DNA from: an uncultured delta proteobacterium
GTDB lineage: Bacteria > Desulfobacterota > Desulfomonilia > Desulfomonilales > Desulfomonilaceae
DNA: 64,000 nucleotides
Reading direction: 5' to 3'
NCBI GenBank assembly: GCA_963789265.1
Contig: CAWBKB010000007.1
Location: 128,001 to 192,000, forward strand
This document shows positions 44,101 to 55,126 of the stretch, piece by piece. Within the stretch, counting starts at the first letter, position 1, and every line of letters begins with the position of its first letter. A program made the translations under genes and the position numbers. The notes under the pieces are model-generated. The model was not told where the DNA came from and did not search any database. It saw only the letters and a program-made list of their open reading frames with translations.

Positions 44101-47100
44101 GGTACCGCGGGAACCAGGGGCGTGGCCTCCGTTGCAGGGCTTGCAGGAAGAACCACGTGTGTACCCATGCCTGGAAACATTTGCCCAAGTACTCCATCCA
44201 GGCTCTCCTCAGAGAATTGAGGATCATGATCCCGGCGAATTGCCGCCAAAAGGTTTGGCTTAAGAAACCTTCCGAAACTTTCCATAATGAAAGCGTTGAT
44301 CTCTCGCTGGACGATATAGGACAGAGATCCGGAACCGTCGGAAAACTCGCGCCTTGCGGCTCTCTCGGGGACCAACTGAGCCGGCTGTACCGCCCCATCG
44401 GGCTTGCCGAGCGACACGAACTTGACAGGCCCACGTACCGGGAGGTTGCCCATCGCATATAGTTGAGCGAGCGCGGTCCTGTACACCGTCGGCTCAGCCG
44501 AAGGTAGGCAAGTTTGAATGCATTCCGCCTCTTCGATGCAGTCAGCTATCAAATTACTCAAAATTGCCCGGGGCCCCACTTCCACGAAGAGTCGCACGCC
44601 ATAATCGTCCCAGAGCGTTTGAACGTTTTGCATCCAGTGCACCGGTGACTCTAGATGGGCCATGACAATGGCCTTTATCTCACTACTACCCTCGGGATAC
44701 GGTTGCATTGTGGTGTTGGAAATCACCGGAATTTGAGGGGGATGAAATTCAATGCCGGCGATAAACTCTTCTAATTCGTCATGAATGCACCTCATGATAG
44801 GGGAGTGGAACGCCATGCTGACTCTCAGCAAGGTATTGCGATAGCCCAACTCCTTTAGCTCCGTCCCCATTGATTTCACTGCTTCGGTGTCCCCTCCGAC
44901 TACAAGTTGATGCGGCGAATTGATGTTGGTTATGTACACGTGCTCCCGCCGGCTCATCAGCTCTTCAAGGACATCCATAGGCGCGTCCACGGCCATCATC
45001 ACGCCTGGATCCACATTTATTTCGCAGGCTTTGTCCATGCATATCGCCCGCATATTGACGATACGAAAACCGTCCTCAAAGGAATAGACGCCCGCAAGAC
45101 ACAGGGCCGTCAGTTCGCCCAAGCTGTGCCCGGCCAGGGCTTGAGGGCTGATTCCCAGAGAGACGAGATGCTGCACCATGGCGTATTCCATGGTGAAGAG
45201 CGCAGGTTGTTGCCAACGGGTCTTCTGCAGATCTTCCTCCCGGTCGTGGAACAACAACTGCAAAAGGTCGAAGTCCGCCACTTCTGCGGCCCGATCCATC
45301 CATTCACGGATGACGGGGAAGGTCTGATAGAGTTCATGCCCCATCCCCGCATAGTGAGAGCCCTGCCCCGGAAAAACAAAAGCAAGGGGCGGGGTTGGCA
45401 GATCCTCGACGCCAAGATGAATTCCCTCCCGCGCCAGCGCCTTGAGACGCTTCGACGGAATTGGGCCGCCGTTTATGAGGGACTCGGCGCGCTGGATGCG
45501 AGCAATAGCCTCAGATTCGGAATCCGCGGCTGTGGATATTCGATAAGGCGTTTCACCAATTACAGTTCTGAAGAAGTGGATCCCCTGGGGAGTGAAATCG
45601 CTGCCATTCGGCTTTGGGGCTCCCTGCTCGAGAGGCAATGTCAGAATGCTATCCTGTTGATCCATAGCTTGCTCCACCTGCACCACGTAATTAGACCCCC
45701 CGAAGCCGAAAGCATTTACCTGGAGACGTCGCGGATCGCCATTTCTCAGCTTCCAATCGGCCGGCTCCGAATGAATCGCCAGCCGTGAGCCCTCTATTCC
45801 CATTTCCGGATCGGGATTCTTGTAATTGAGTGTTGGCGGGAAAATGCCGGCCTTCATTGCCATGATGCCTCTTATGAGAGAGTTGATGCCGGAAGCACCC
45901 AGAGTATGCCCGATTTGAGATTTGAATGAGGTTATCACTGTGCCCCGGCCTGAATCGAAGAAGCTCCGGAGCGCCCGCACCTCTTCCACGTCCCCTTGAC
46001 GAGTGCTGGTGGCATGGCATTCAATCAGGTCCACTCCATCAGGGCCGTAAGTGGTGTCCTTGAAGGAAGATTGTATGGCGATTTCCTGAGTTATTCTCGA
46101 TGACTCAACCATGCCGAGATTATTGTTGCTGGCCCCCATCGACGTGATGTACGCATGGGCTTTGGCCCCTCTCTTGCGGGCCACAGACTCTCTTTCAATC
46201 ACTATCATCCCACCGCCCTCGCCCAAAACCATCCCGTCCCGGTCCGAGTCGAAGGGGCGGCTGGTCTCGCAAGCGGGCCGGTCAACCCCCGAAAGACCGG
46301 CAAGAGCGCCAAGAGCTGAGAATTCCAGAAAATGCATTGGAGTGAGGTATTCCTCGGCCCCTCCAACGATTGCAGCATCGATGATCCCGTTCTTGATCAT
46401 CTGAACCGCACTGTAAAGCGCCACAAGAGCGGTTGCGCACGCGGCGGAGACCGAAAAACTCGGCCCCATGAAGCCGTACCGGTTGCAAATGAAACCGCCG
46501 GCCGAGCAATTTAGCCTACCCAGAAGAGTTGTGTCGTCTATGGCTATGCGGCCCGCTTTGACCTCCTCTTCGATGGCCTTTTCCGTCTCCGGCGTAAGCT
46601 GTAGGACTCTCTTCACCGCGGACACAATCTTGCCCAATGACCCACGGATTATCACGTCCTGTAAGGTCACGGCCGCTTCCCCGGAGTTTTGAGAAATCAG
46701 CACCGCGATGCGTTCCTGCGGTATACCGGATTCAAGAATCCCGGATTCCTCGATTGCTTTGCCTGCGAGCCACATCGTGATCTTCGTGGAATCGGTCATG
46801 GTCCTGAAATCTTGCGGAGGAATCCCGATCTCCTTACGCGAAACCTCGATGTTTTGAAATGCCCCGACCTTGCAATAGGTCTTTTCCGAGACTCGAGGAC
46901 GCGGATGAAAAAAGAGTGCATGATCCCACCTGGATTTCGGCACCGGGACTATCCCACTCTTCATGGAAAGTGATGCGGCCCAGACCTCTTCGGGGCTGTT
47001 CCCGAGAGAATTGACCACACTCATCCCGGTGATGGCTATTCGTTCTTCATTGGGCTCATGATAAACCGGTGCAGGCGTACGCGGGCGCTTCCATTCCGGT

Positions 47101-49209
47101 GCTTCTCTGCCAATCTCCTCCTTGCTCGGACGGAGCGGAGAGACTTGGCGAATCGGACTCACTACAGGTAAACCAAGGGCCAGTGGCGCTTCCGCCAGTT
47201 CTCGGTGCAGTTCCTCAATGGTGCAAATGTTCGTCAACGTACCCGGCACACGCGCCGCTCATAAACTGGCCTTGATCCAGGCAAGAAGACTCATCCAGGG
47301 TCGTGCCGCCGGGCCTATCCAACCCACGGGCCGCGGTGAACAGGCTTCCCGCGCTCAAGGCTTCAATTTTGTTACGAAATGATGACTCATTCTCAGATCC
47401 TGCGGCAAATTCTCGTTCCAGTGAACAAATCGCCTCGATCTTCGCGGTCTTCAAAGAACGAACTCGCAGGCCGGTCCCTTCACCCGTCACTATAGTTCCT
47501 TCCGGCGCGGACTCCAGGATCATGCGCTGATACAGCTTTGTCAGCGCCCCGGTTTCAACCATTTCGGCGGTGGTCAGGTATGAGGTACCCATCTGAACGG
47601 CATCTGCTCCGAGCATCGCAGCAATGAAAGCGGTTTCCCGGTTGCAGATCCCGCCTGCCAGTATGATCCTACGCCCTTCGAACAAGGATGGGTTCCGTTC
47701 TTTCAGATCGACAACGGTCTGGGCCAGAGTCAGTGTGCTGTGCTGTCCTACGTGGCCGCCCGCTTCATGCCCTTCGCAAATGACGTACCGGATGCCCGCG
47801 TCAAGGGCCAGGCTCACCAGTTCTTCGGAAGGAGCTATGTAAATCGTTTCGACGCCCTCTTCCTTCAGCGCCGCGGCGTGGGACGGTTCACCAGCCGCAA
47901 TGACGGCAAATTTCGGTTTTATCTTTTTGATCCAGGCCAGTTGAATATCACGGCAAGGGTTTTCCGAGAGTGTAATGACGTTGACCGCATAGGGTCGGTC
48001 GCCCATTATCTCGGACATGCGCCCGAACTTCTTGTCGAGCGTTTCTCCGTCCATCAGGCCCAGTGCGATGGTGGGGAGGCCGCCGGCTTCGGAGACCTTG
48101 AGGGCAAATTCCGGGACATCGGTGATCCAGGACATCGCCCCCTGCACGAACGGATATCGCGTGCCGATTTCCTTCGCCAAAGGGCTGTTAACAAATGCCT
48201 TTTCCTTGTCCACCGCCGCGGCACAGCAGGCGTCGATGTTGCGGATAAAGCTATCCAGAGCCTCGCCCGTGTCGGAACCGAAGCGTCTGACAAAGGATGC
48301 AGCAAAGGAGGCTTCGACGCCCAGCGGTAACAGTTCTTCCCGACCAAACGAGCTTTCCAGCGGATTACTAGCCTCATCCATGATCTTCCGGGCAAAGAAA
48401 CGCCGTTGTTCGTCACGGATCTCGGAGCCACAGAGAGATCCGGCAAAGGATTTCAAATCCCGCACAGCCCGCGAATTGCCCTTGTTAAAGAGACGACAGG
48501 GCACCCCGAGGTTCAATCCCGTCAGATCGGTATGGTCCGGTCGGAGATTAGATATGCGCCGGCGAACGTCATCGTGGGCTGACATCAGATCTGTCAGCCA
48601 GTGAAGGCTCTCGAATACGATCCCCCGGGCACCCGCGGACAAGAAAGCCGCCGCGGCCTCGGGCGTTGCGATGCCTCCCCAGACGACCGAACCGGGTTGC
48701 TCGCTCCTGTCCCGTATTAAGGCCCGCACTGCGCCATACAAGGTGAGCGTCGTTTCAGTACTTGTAAATCCGGAAGCTTCGTTCCCTTTGAGCGCGATAT
48801 TTCTTATGCCGGGGTGCTTGTCGAGGACGCTTGATATCAGATTGACGGACCCCATCACAGGGACAACGTCGAAATGGCCCGTCAGATCTTCCATGCGCTT
48901 CAGGACATGCTCGGGATTCTCCTCCAGGAGGATGGGATGGAGTTCGACCCAGACTCTCTCGATACCCATCTCGTCCAGGAATTCTTCCAGCCCGCGATCC
49001 ATAAGAAAAGTCGGGGAAATCTTGAGGTCAACCGCATCACGAGCGGCATCGGACTGCAAAAGCGCGGTGCCGGCCGATTCCGGTTGGATCGTCGATAGGT
49101 CGAATATCGCTTGAGTCTTTGTGCTGCGGGCGGTTTCGACAACTGAGGAGGTGATCTCTTTTGGGGGCCATACAAAAGCAATTATGGGACTCGTATGGTC
49201 GGCAGTCAT
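41197..49209 (-). CDS. Type I PKS/FAS (~2,670 aa): PfaD/FabK-like ER, KS, AT, ACP, KR, DH; frameshifts ~47240 and ~42188
   Basis: QGAMSW and EGHEAGGH (ER); AACAT, ECHATST, GHTLGA (KS); GQGS, GHSLG, AFHS (AT); GQANYSAGN (KR); QDHKPF and LLEALMQ (DH). Confidence 0.9.
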
Positions 49210-49329
49210 CTATTACCTCTCAATTATGATCGTTACAGAAACTAATAATATAACATATTTTATCGTTACGGGAAGCCAAAAACAACTCGGCTGCCGCCGG
49301 CGTGCTTGAAAGCCGGTGCAGGTCAGCTT

Positions 49330-49539
49330 GGAACCATTCACTTACGGTGGGACTTTTCTGTCCCTTGTCATTGCAAGGAGTGCATGGTGGGACAGGCTTC
49401 CAGCCTGTCTATTGGGGATGACGGGCAAGATGCCCGTCCCGCCGGCAATCTAAGCGGCGTTCAAAGGAAAAGATTGCTTCGTCCCGCGGGAGGCGGGACT
49501 CGCAATGACAATCTCTTGCCGCGCCAAGTGAATGGTTAC
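49330..49539. mobile_element. MITE-like element (family B) enclosing nested palindromic repeats
   Basis: IRs GGAACCATTCACTT / AAGTGAATGGTTAC; flanks GTCAGCTT / GTCGGCTT; core TGTCATTGC...GCAATGACA. Confidence 0.6.
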
Positions 49540-49883
49540 GTCGGCTTGGATCATGCCGTATTCATTCCGGGCAGTATTATGGCTACAGCCGTTGCCATAT
49601 CGAGTGTCACATCTGCAATATCTTGGTGCGTCGCGCTTTGTCAGAGCCGAAATTGAAACGATCGGGCCTCCAACGGGAACAAAGATTGCCTCTCTGCACT
49701 CGTAATAACATACGGCGGGTTCCGATATTCTAGCGAAACCCGCTGTATAATTGATTAAGGGCGCTTTTCCCTTGCAGGAAATGTCCTGGTGTTTTAAAGT
49801 TAGGAATTGGTTATGAAACCGGGGGGCAGAATTTCATCCGGATTCAGACCGAGAATCACAAATTAGTACGTTGGAGGATTATC

Positions 49884-50972
49884 ATGGGGCCTATGAAAGT
49901 ACTACTCACCGGGGCCACCGGCTTCCTGGGGGAGTATCTTCTGGCAGAATTGCTGGAGCGAGGGCATAGCGTCTGGGCGCTCTATCGGAGCGAATCGCGC
50001 AAGCTGGATACCATCCATTATTTGAGCCGAATGGGCCTTCCTCGGAGTTCAGGCAGTCTGCGCTGGTTCAAAGGGGAAGTCCTTGACGCGGACAGTCAAT
50101 GGGATAACTGGTGCCGAGATTGTGAGGGGCTTGAGCAAGTGGATACACTGCTCCACAGTGCAGCCGCAACAAGGCTTCACATGGATGCAACCGGTGAGCC
50201 TCTCAGGACCAATCTGGGCGGAGCCAAGGCGTTTCGTAGACTGGTGGACCGCAAACCCATGAACGTCCACTTGATAAGCACAGCTTATGTATGTGGTTAT
50301 ATTCACGGTCGAATGATGAAGGAAGTCAACCACCCCAGAGGGGATTTTGTAAACGTTTACGAAGAGAGCAAATGGGAGGCCGAACAGATCTGGATGGGGG
50401 ATGCGACCATACTGCGGCCATCGATCATTGTCGGTGACTCGGAGACCGGAAGGTGCAATTCTTTCGGCGGCTGGTACATTCTCTTCCAGGCAGTACATCT
50501 CCTTGACAGGCTTATGCGCGATGCAGATGCCTCCAATCGCCTGGGTTTGCAGCTCAATGTTCCGGCCGATGCAAACGGGACCACAAACATCATTACTGTG
50601 GATTCTCTGGCCAAAGAGGCCATCCGCATCATAGAAAATCCCGCCAATCACAAGAAGATCTTTCACCTCAGCCATCCTGACCCGCCCACGCATCAGTGGA
50701 CTCTGGACTTCATCTGCAACAGATTCAATGTTGGAGGTTTCAACTTTGCCGGAGCAAACGCGCCGTTTACTCAACCCCGCAACAGGATTGAGCGAATGGT
50801 TTGGCGGCAGATGCAGACCATTCTCCTTCACTTTTCCAACAACCCTTCCTTTGACCGAACCAACACCGACGCTGCTGTCCCCGATCTAAAGCCTGTGCCG
50901 ATCACCGAGGAGTTGGCCGGCAAGCTGCTTGATTACGCGATAGCCTGCGACTGGGGTCAGGGGTGCCAGTAG
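49884..50972 (+). CDS. Thioester reductase / fatty acyl reductase-like SDR
   Basis: LLTGATGFLG, ISTAYVCG, YEESK, LRPSII; divergent from the PKS. Confidence 0.85.
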   Translation: MGPMKVLLTGATGFLGEYLLAELLERGHSVWALYRSESRKLDTIHYLSRMGLPRSSGSLRWFKGEVLDADSQWDNWCRDCEGLEQVDTLLHSAAATRLHMDATGEPLRTNLGGAKAFRRLVDRKPMNVHLISTAYVCGYIHGRMMKEVNHPRGDFVNVYEESKWEAEQIWMGDATILRPSIIVGDSETGRCNSFGGWYILFQAVHLLDRLMRDADASNRLGLQLNVPADANGTTNIITVDSLAKEAIRIIENPANHKKIFHLSHPDPPTHQWTLDFICNRFNVGGFNFAGANAPFTQPRNRIERMVWRQMQTILLHFSNNPSFDRTNTDAAVPDLKPVPITEELAGKLLDYAIACDWGQGCQ

Positions 50973-50987
50973 GTTCGGAGAATTACC

Positions 50988-51803
50988 ATGAACGACTCGT
51001 ACGTGCACGGTTATGACCCGCGGGAGAGCGTGCGCTTGCAGGACCAGGCCGGAACGCTGGTGGATCTCCTCCATTCGGACACGTCCTACCCTGAGGGCAG
51101 CATTGTCCTGGAGGCCGGGTGTGGTGTCGGCGCTCAAACGCTCACGCTCGCCCGACACAGTCCGGGTGCACGAATCATTTCGGTTGACGTGTCAGCGGCC
51201 TCCATCGCGGAAGCCAAGTCCAGAGCGGACGCGGCCGGCCTTACCAATGTGGAGTTCCGGCAAGGGGACATCTTCGCTTTACCCTTTGACCCGGAATCGT
51301 TCGACCACCTCTTCGTCTGTTTCGTCCTGGAGCACCTCTCGCGGCCGGTGGAGGCTTTGTCCACACTCAAGAAGCTGCTCAAGCCGGGCGGTACGATCAC
51401 GGCCATCGAGGGGGACCATGGGTCGGCCTATTTCCATCCGGACAGCGATGCAGCCCGCAGAGCAATCCGATGCCAGGTCGAGTTGCAGGCCGCGGCCGGC
51501 GGCAACGCATTGATCGGGCGGCAGCTTTATCCTCTGCTGGTCGAGGCGGGTTTCGACCAAGTCCGCGTTTCCCCACGCATGGTGTACGTGGATTGGAGCA
51601 GGCCGAATCTAGTTGACGGCTTCACGAAGAAAACGTTCACTGCGATGATCGAGGGCGTTCGTGAATCCGCGATCCAGGCCGGCATGTTAGAGCCCGAGGT
51701 TTTCGATGCCGGCATCCACGACCTTTACAGAACGGCTGAAGCAGATGGTGTATTCTGCTACACGTTTTTCAAGGCTGTGGGCGAAAAGGCTACTCTCGGC
51801 TGA
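50988..51803 (+). CDS. Class I SAM-dependent methyltransferase
   Basis: VLEAGCGVG, FVLEHL, LLKPGG. Confidence 0.9.
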   Translation: MNDSYVHGYDPRESVRLQDQAGTLVDLLHSDTSYPEGSIVLEAGCGVGAQTLTLARHSPGARIISVDVSAASIAEAKSRADAAGLTNVEFRQGDIFALPFDPESFDHLFVCFVLEHLSRPVEALSTLKKLLKPGGTITAIEGDHGSAYFHPDSDAARRAIRCQVELQAAAGGNALIGRQLYPLLVEAGFDQVRVSPRMVYVDWSRPNLVDGFTKKTFTAMIEGVRESAIQAGMLEPEVFDAGIHDLYRTAEADGVFCYTFFKAVGEKATLG

Positions 51804-51888
51804 CAGCGGAATCAAGTTTGCGGTAGGTCGGGCCGTGCCCCATGCAAACTGGTGCAAATCGTGACGCGGACCACCCGAGGCGACCCCG

Positions 51889-52479
51889 ATGAGCGATGAA
51901 CGGATATCGGAATTACTGGCTTTTGCCAGATGGCTGGGAATCGGCGACGCAAAACTGCTGGGGGTTGACCGGATAAAGGTGGAAGATCGCTTCCGCAGCC
52001 AGTGCGCAGAGCCGCGCTGCCCTAATTACAATACTTCGATCAATTGCCCGCCGCACTCGATGACGCCCGGTTGGTTTCGAGAACACATCAAGGGGTTCAA
52101 TCTCGTCTTGGCCTTCAAGTTCGACATGCCTATGGAAGCCGTGAATGGAATAGAGCGGCGGGAGGCTTCATTGCTTTTGCACGAGACAACCGCGGCCATC
52201 GAGCACAAAGCCCGGTCGCTGGGATTCGAGCGCGCCCGCGGCTACTCATCGGGAGCCTGCAAGAAAACACTCTGTTACGAACACGCAGATTGTGCGGCGC
52301 TTCAGGACGGCGGCGAGTGCCGTCATTCGGACAAGGCACGGCCTTCACTTTCCGGCATGGGCGTAAATTGGTACGAATTATCAATATTCCTTGGTTGGTC
52401 GATGCAGAAGAACGAAGACGGGGATCTAAACCCCAGATCCGAAACCGTTATGATGGCCGGCCTGGTGTTCCTTGAGTGA
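51889..52479 (+). CDS. DUF2284 Cys-rich metal-binding protein
   Basis: C..P.CPNY....CPP, GAC...C...C...CRH...ARPS..GMG. Confidence 0.85.
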   Translation: MSDERISELLAFARWLGIGDAKLLGVDRIKVEDRFRSQCAEPRCPNYNTSINCPPHSMTPGWFREHIKGFNLVLAFKFDMPMEAVNGIERREASLLLHETTAAIEHKARSLGFERARGYSSGACKKTLCYEHADCAALQDGGECRHSDKARPSLSGMGVNWYELSIFLGWSMQKNEDGDLNPRSETVMMAGLVFLE

Positions 52480-52551
52480 TGCAGTTCCGATGCCACCGTA
52501 CTGAATCGAGCTTGCGGTAGGTCGGGCCGTGCCCGAAGTCCCGCGTTCGCG

Positions 52552-52731
52552 CATGGGCGTTAAGATAACGATTTATTCCCCCCTTTCGTAAAGGGGGGCC
52601 AGGGGGGATTTTGGGATAACTCATTGAAAATCCCCCTAAATCCCCCTTTAGAAAAGGGGGACTTTGATCGCTCTCGGCCTGCATTCACCTCTTGAAAGGG
52701 AACGAAATTGCCTTAACTTAACGCGAATGCA
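52552..52731. mobile_element. MITE-like element (family A) inserted in a REPIN
   Basis: Ends CATGGGCGTTAAG...CTTAACTTAACGCGAATGCA; direct repeat CGTTCGCG at 52544-52551 and 52732-52739. Confidence 0.7.
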
Positions 52732-53057
52732 CGTTCGCGGGAGCGGCCACGGGCCGCCCTACGGGCCCCCAAAAATCCCCATCTGAGAACCCTCTCAAAA
52801 GGGGAGCTGTTTTGTCCTGGTTACCAGGCTCTGCCTGATAATCCATAGTGCCGGGCTACGTCCAGTAGCCCCGGATCTCGCCAAAGACCGTGAGACTCGT
52901 ACGGCCGAATTCCAGAGTGCACAGATAGAGCCCCCAGAGAAGCATTCCCAGGCAGAGCCTGAGAACGAGACGCAGGCAACCGGAGTACGGGATGTAGTTC
53001 TTCCAGAAGAACGGCCGGGGTGATCATTGCCCAAGATTATGGCTATCTTCTGATCGG

Positions 53058-54032
53058 TCACTTCTTGAGCTTGTATTTAGCAGCTTTTAGAGCTTGCCAT
53101 TTTAAGTTCGGATGTTGGCTGATCCGTTGTACCATTTCTTCGTCCTGTGTCAAAAGCAACGGCTCTATTTCTCCGTAATCCAAAAGACGGTCCAAAAACT
53201 CATTCTCAGCATCCGTAAAAGGTAGTAGTCGAGCGACAGACTCACGGGTTTCAAGAACAAGCTGCCGAGCCCATTCCACAGCATTGCCTACCATCTTTAA
53301 ATTGTCACGACGTAGGACGGGAAGGAGTTCATCGTGCAAGTCCTTGTGCGTGAAATCGATATCTGTTGCTTGGACCCGTCGCCAATCTTTCTCTTTGGCC
53401 ATAGCGCCATATAAAACAAAAGATAATCGTAGCTTTTCTTGCTCCAGACTGCCTTTCGTGAACAGAAAATGAGCATCAAACAAGTCCCTACTGGCCTTTC
53501 GAGATAGAAGCGCTTTGAGTTTTCCTCCTGCAAGCTCGTGAATGTCCAAAACCGGGAACTCGATCTGCGGCTGAGTTCCAATAGGAACAGATTTTCTCTT
53601 GCCAAAACCCCAAAGCGGAAGTCGATACATGAAAATTAAATCAATCTTCAGGTTACCTCCCAAACCAAGCGCGCTCATATAACGTACGTGAAAGGTACAG
53701 CCTGCATGGCTCTCTTGCACATGACTTACTGTCAATCCCTCCCTTTTACAGACAGCCGCCATGGCCTTCATCATATCAGGACGTTCTGCATTCGTTTTCT
53801 TGAGGTCTATAGCTCCTACATAATTCAGATCAATATCTACGGATAGCCGAGGTTGATTGAAAATGAAGAGATTCAGGGCGGTTCCTCCTTTGAGTACGAC
53901 CCTTTCTTTTAGAAAGGGATGCTTACTGATTCCAGTCAACAAAGCTAACAGGTAGAATACCTTTTCCAGCATTTCCGGTCGGAATCCGGAAGAAGCGGCT
54001 TCAGCCAATAGGGTTTCTTTAGAGATTATCAC
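53058..54032 (-). CDS. abiEii: AbiEii/AbiGii nucleotidyltransferase toxin (type IV TA)
   Basis: LKGGTALN, RLSVDIDL, K..ALLSR..SRDLFD; GTGA overlap with antitoxin. Confidence 0.93.
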   Translation of the reverse strand: MIISKETLLAEAASSGFRPEMLEKVFYLLALLTGISKHPFLKERVVLKGGTALNLFIFNQPRLSVDIDLNYVGAIDLKKTNAERPDMMKAMAAVCKREGLTVSHVQESHAGCTFHVRYMSALGLGGNLKIDLIFMYRLPLWGFGKRKSVPIGTQPQIEFPVLDIHELAGGKLKALLSRKASRDLFDAHFLFTKGSLEQEKLRLSFVLYGAMAKEKDWRRVQATDIDFTHKDLHDELLPVLRRDNLKMVGNAVEWARQLVLETRESVARLLPFTDAENEFLDRLLDYGEIEPLLLTQDEEMVQRISQHPNLKWQALKAAKYKLKK

Positions 54033-54853
54033 GAAAACTCCTCCCAGGCTTGCCTCAGAATGTCTTCGGGTACCACCAGATTCCATTTTCTGATCAACTG
54101 TTTCTTGGAGCGTTTCCTCTCCTCGCTATTCCGAACCATATACGTGCGTTGTTTGGGGCGGTGCTTACGCAGCCGTCGTAGGTGCTTCTCTTCGACCATC
54201 AACTCTTGACGGTGAGTTTCCAGATAAAAACCCACCTTAGCTATCGTAGTTGAGTTCTCCAACAATAACGCATAGTCCACTACCTCATCTATGTCGAAGA
54301 ATTCGACGGATTCCAAAGACCTCCAGATCTCTTCCCAACCGCCACCAAGGGACGGGCGATCTAAAACGTCTACCAGCGTGCGTTCTAGGGAGGTACTTCG
54401 TATCCACATGCCGGATCTTTCCACCTGATCGACTCCAAATAACTCTTGACCTTTGTCCCTAAGAATTCTTGGAAAGAGTACCCCTCGGAATTCATTTCCA
54501 CGGAAATTCAGAGGGTGAGTCTTTGCCCGATTCCCGGTTAAGTAAACGAAGCGCTCATGTATGGAGTGAGCCTTGCCATGCAAATCGAGGGCTGTGTGAT
54601 AGGCCAAGACCGCATCTTCAGCCATTTTTGACGCCAGGATGTAGCCGTCCACAGGGGCATAGTCCGGTTCAATACCGGGAGGAACTGACGAATAGAGTCC
54701 TCTGCGGATTCTGAGTATGTGGCCGGAATTGACATGATAGTCGATCAGGGCTTTTCGGGTCTTGACATTTGTGGACCCTCGGGAGTTCAGGAATTCAGTT
54801 AGCTCACTGTAAGTGAAGACTGGGTGTTTCGCAAAAAAAGACCGTGTGTCCAT
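54029..54853 (-). CDS. abiEi: AbiEi antitoxin / transcriptional regulator
   Basis: RIRRGLY, AYHTALDLHG, TSLERTLVDVLDRP. Confidence 0.92.
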   Translation of the reverse strand: MDTRSFFAKHPVFTYSELTEFLNSRGSTNVKTRKALIDYHVNSGHILRIRRGLYSSVPPGIEPDYAPVDGYILASKMAEDAVLAYHTALDLHGKAHSIHERFVYLTGNRAKTHPLNFRGNEFRGVLFPRILRDKGQELFGVDQVERSGMWIRSTSLERTLVDVLDRPSLGGGWEEIWRSLESVEFFDIDEVVDYALLLENSTTIAKVGFYLETHRQELMVEEKHLRRLRKHRPKQRTYMVRNSEERKRSKKQLIRKWNLVVPEDILRQAWEEFS

Positions 54854-54864
54854 GATCTACTACC

Positions 54865-55124
54865 AAAGTGACATTATACAGCGTTAGACCTAATAAGATT
54901 AGGACTTCCAGTGCAACATGTCAACGTCAGCGCGTGGTATATATACTATGCCCTCGTATCCCTAAAGTAACATCATACAGCGTTAGACCTAATAAGATTA
55001 GGACTTCCAGTGCAAAAAAGTAAGCTAATGATATAGTATATATACTATATCATTTGTCAGTCTTTTTTCCTTCTTGACTTGCCCGGTAACCTTGTCGTAT
55101 ATATACGACAAGGTTACCGGGCAA
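54865..55124. promoter_or_regulatory. Divergent promoter/operator region: two 52-bp direct repeats (54865-54916, 54964-55015) and palindromes centred on GTATATATAC
   Basis: Repeats differ at 2 positions; perfect palindromes 55027-55054 (28 bp) and 55079-55124 (46 bp); TTGACT 55074-55079 and TATATA 55098-55103 could be -35/-10. Confidence 0.75.
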
Positions 55125-55126
55125 CG

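Noticed and set aside
54865..55015. Mini-CRISPR array
   Set aside because: Only two 52-bp repeats, the following segments share sequence (a 99-bp tandem duplication), and there are no cas genes
55079..55124. Protelomerase (telRL) site
   Set aside because: No telomere resolvase in the window; position over a promoter fits an operator better
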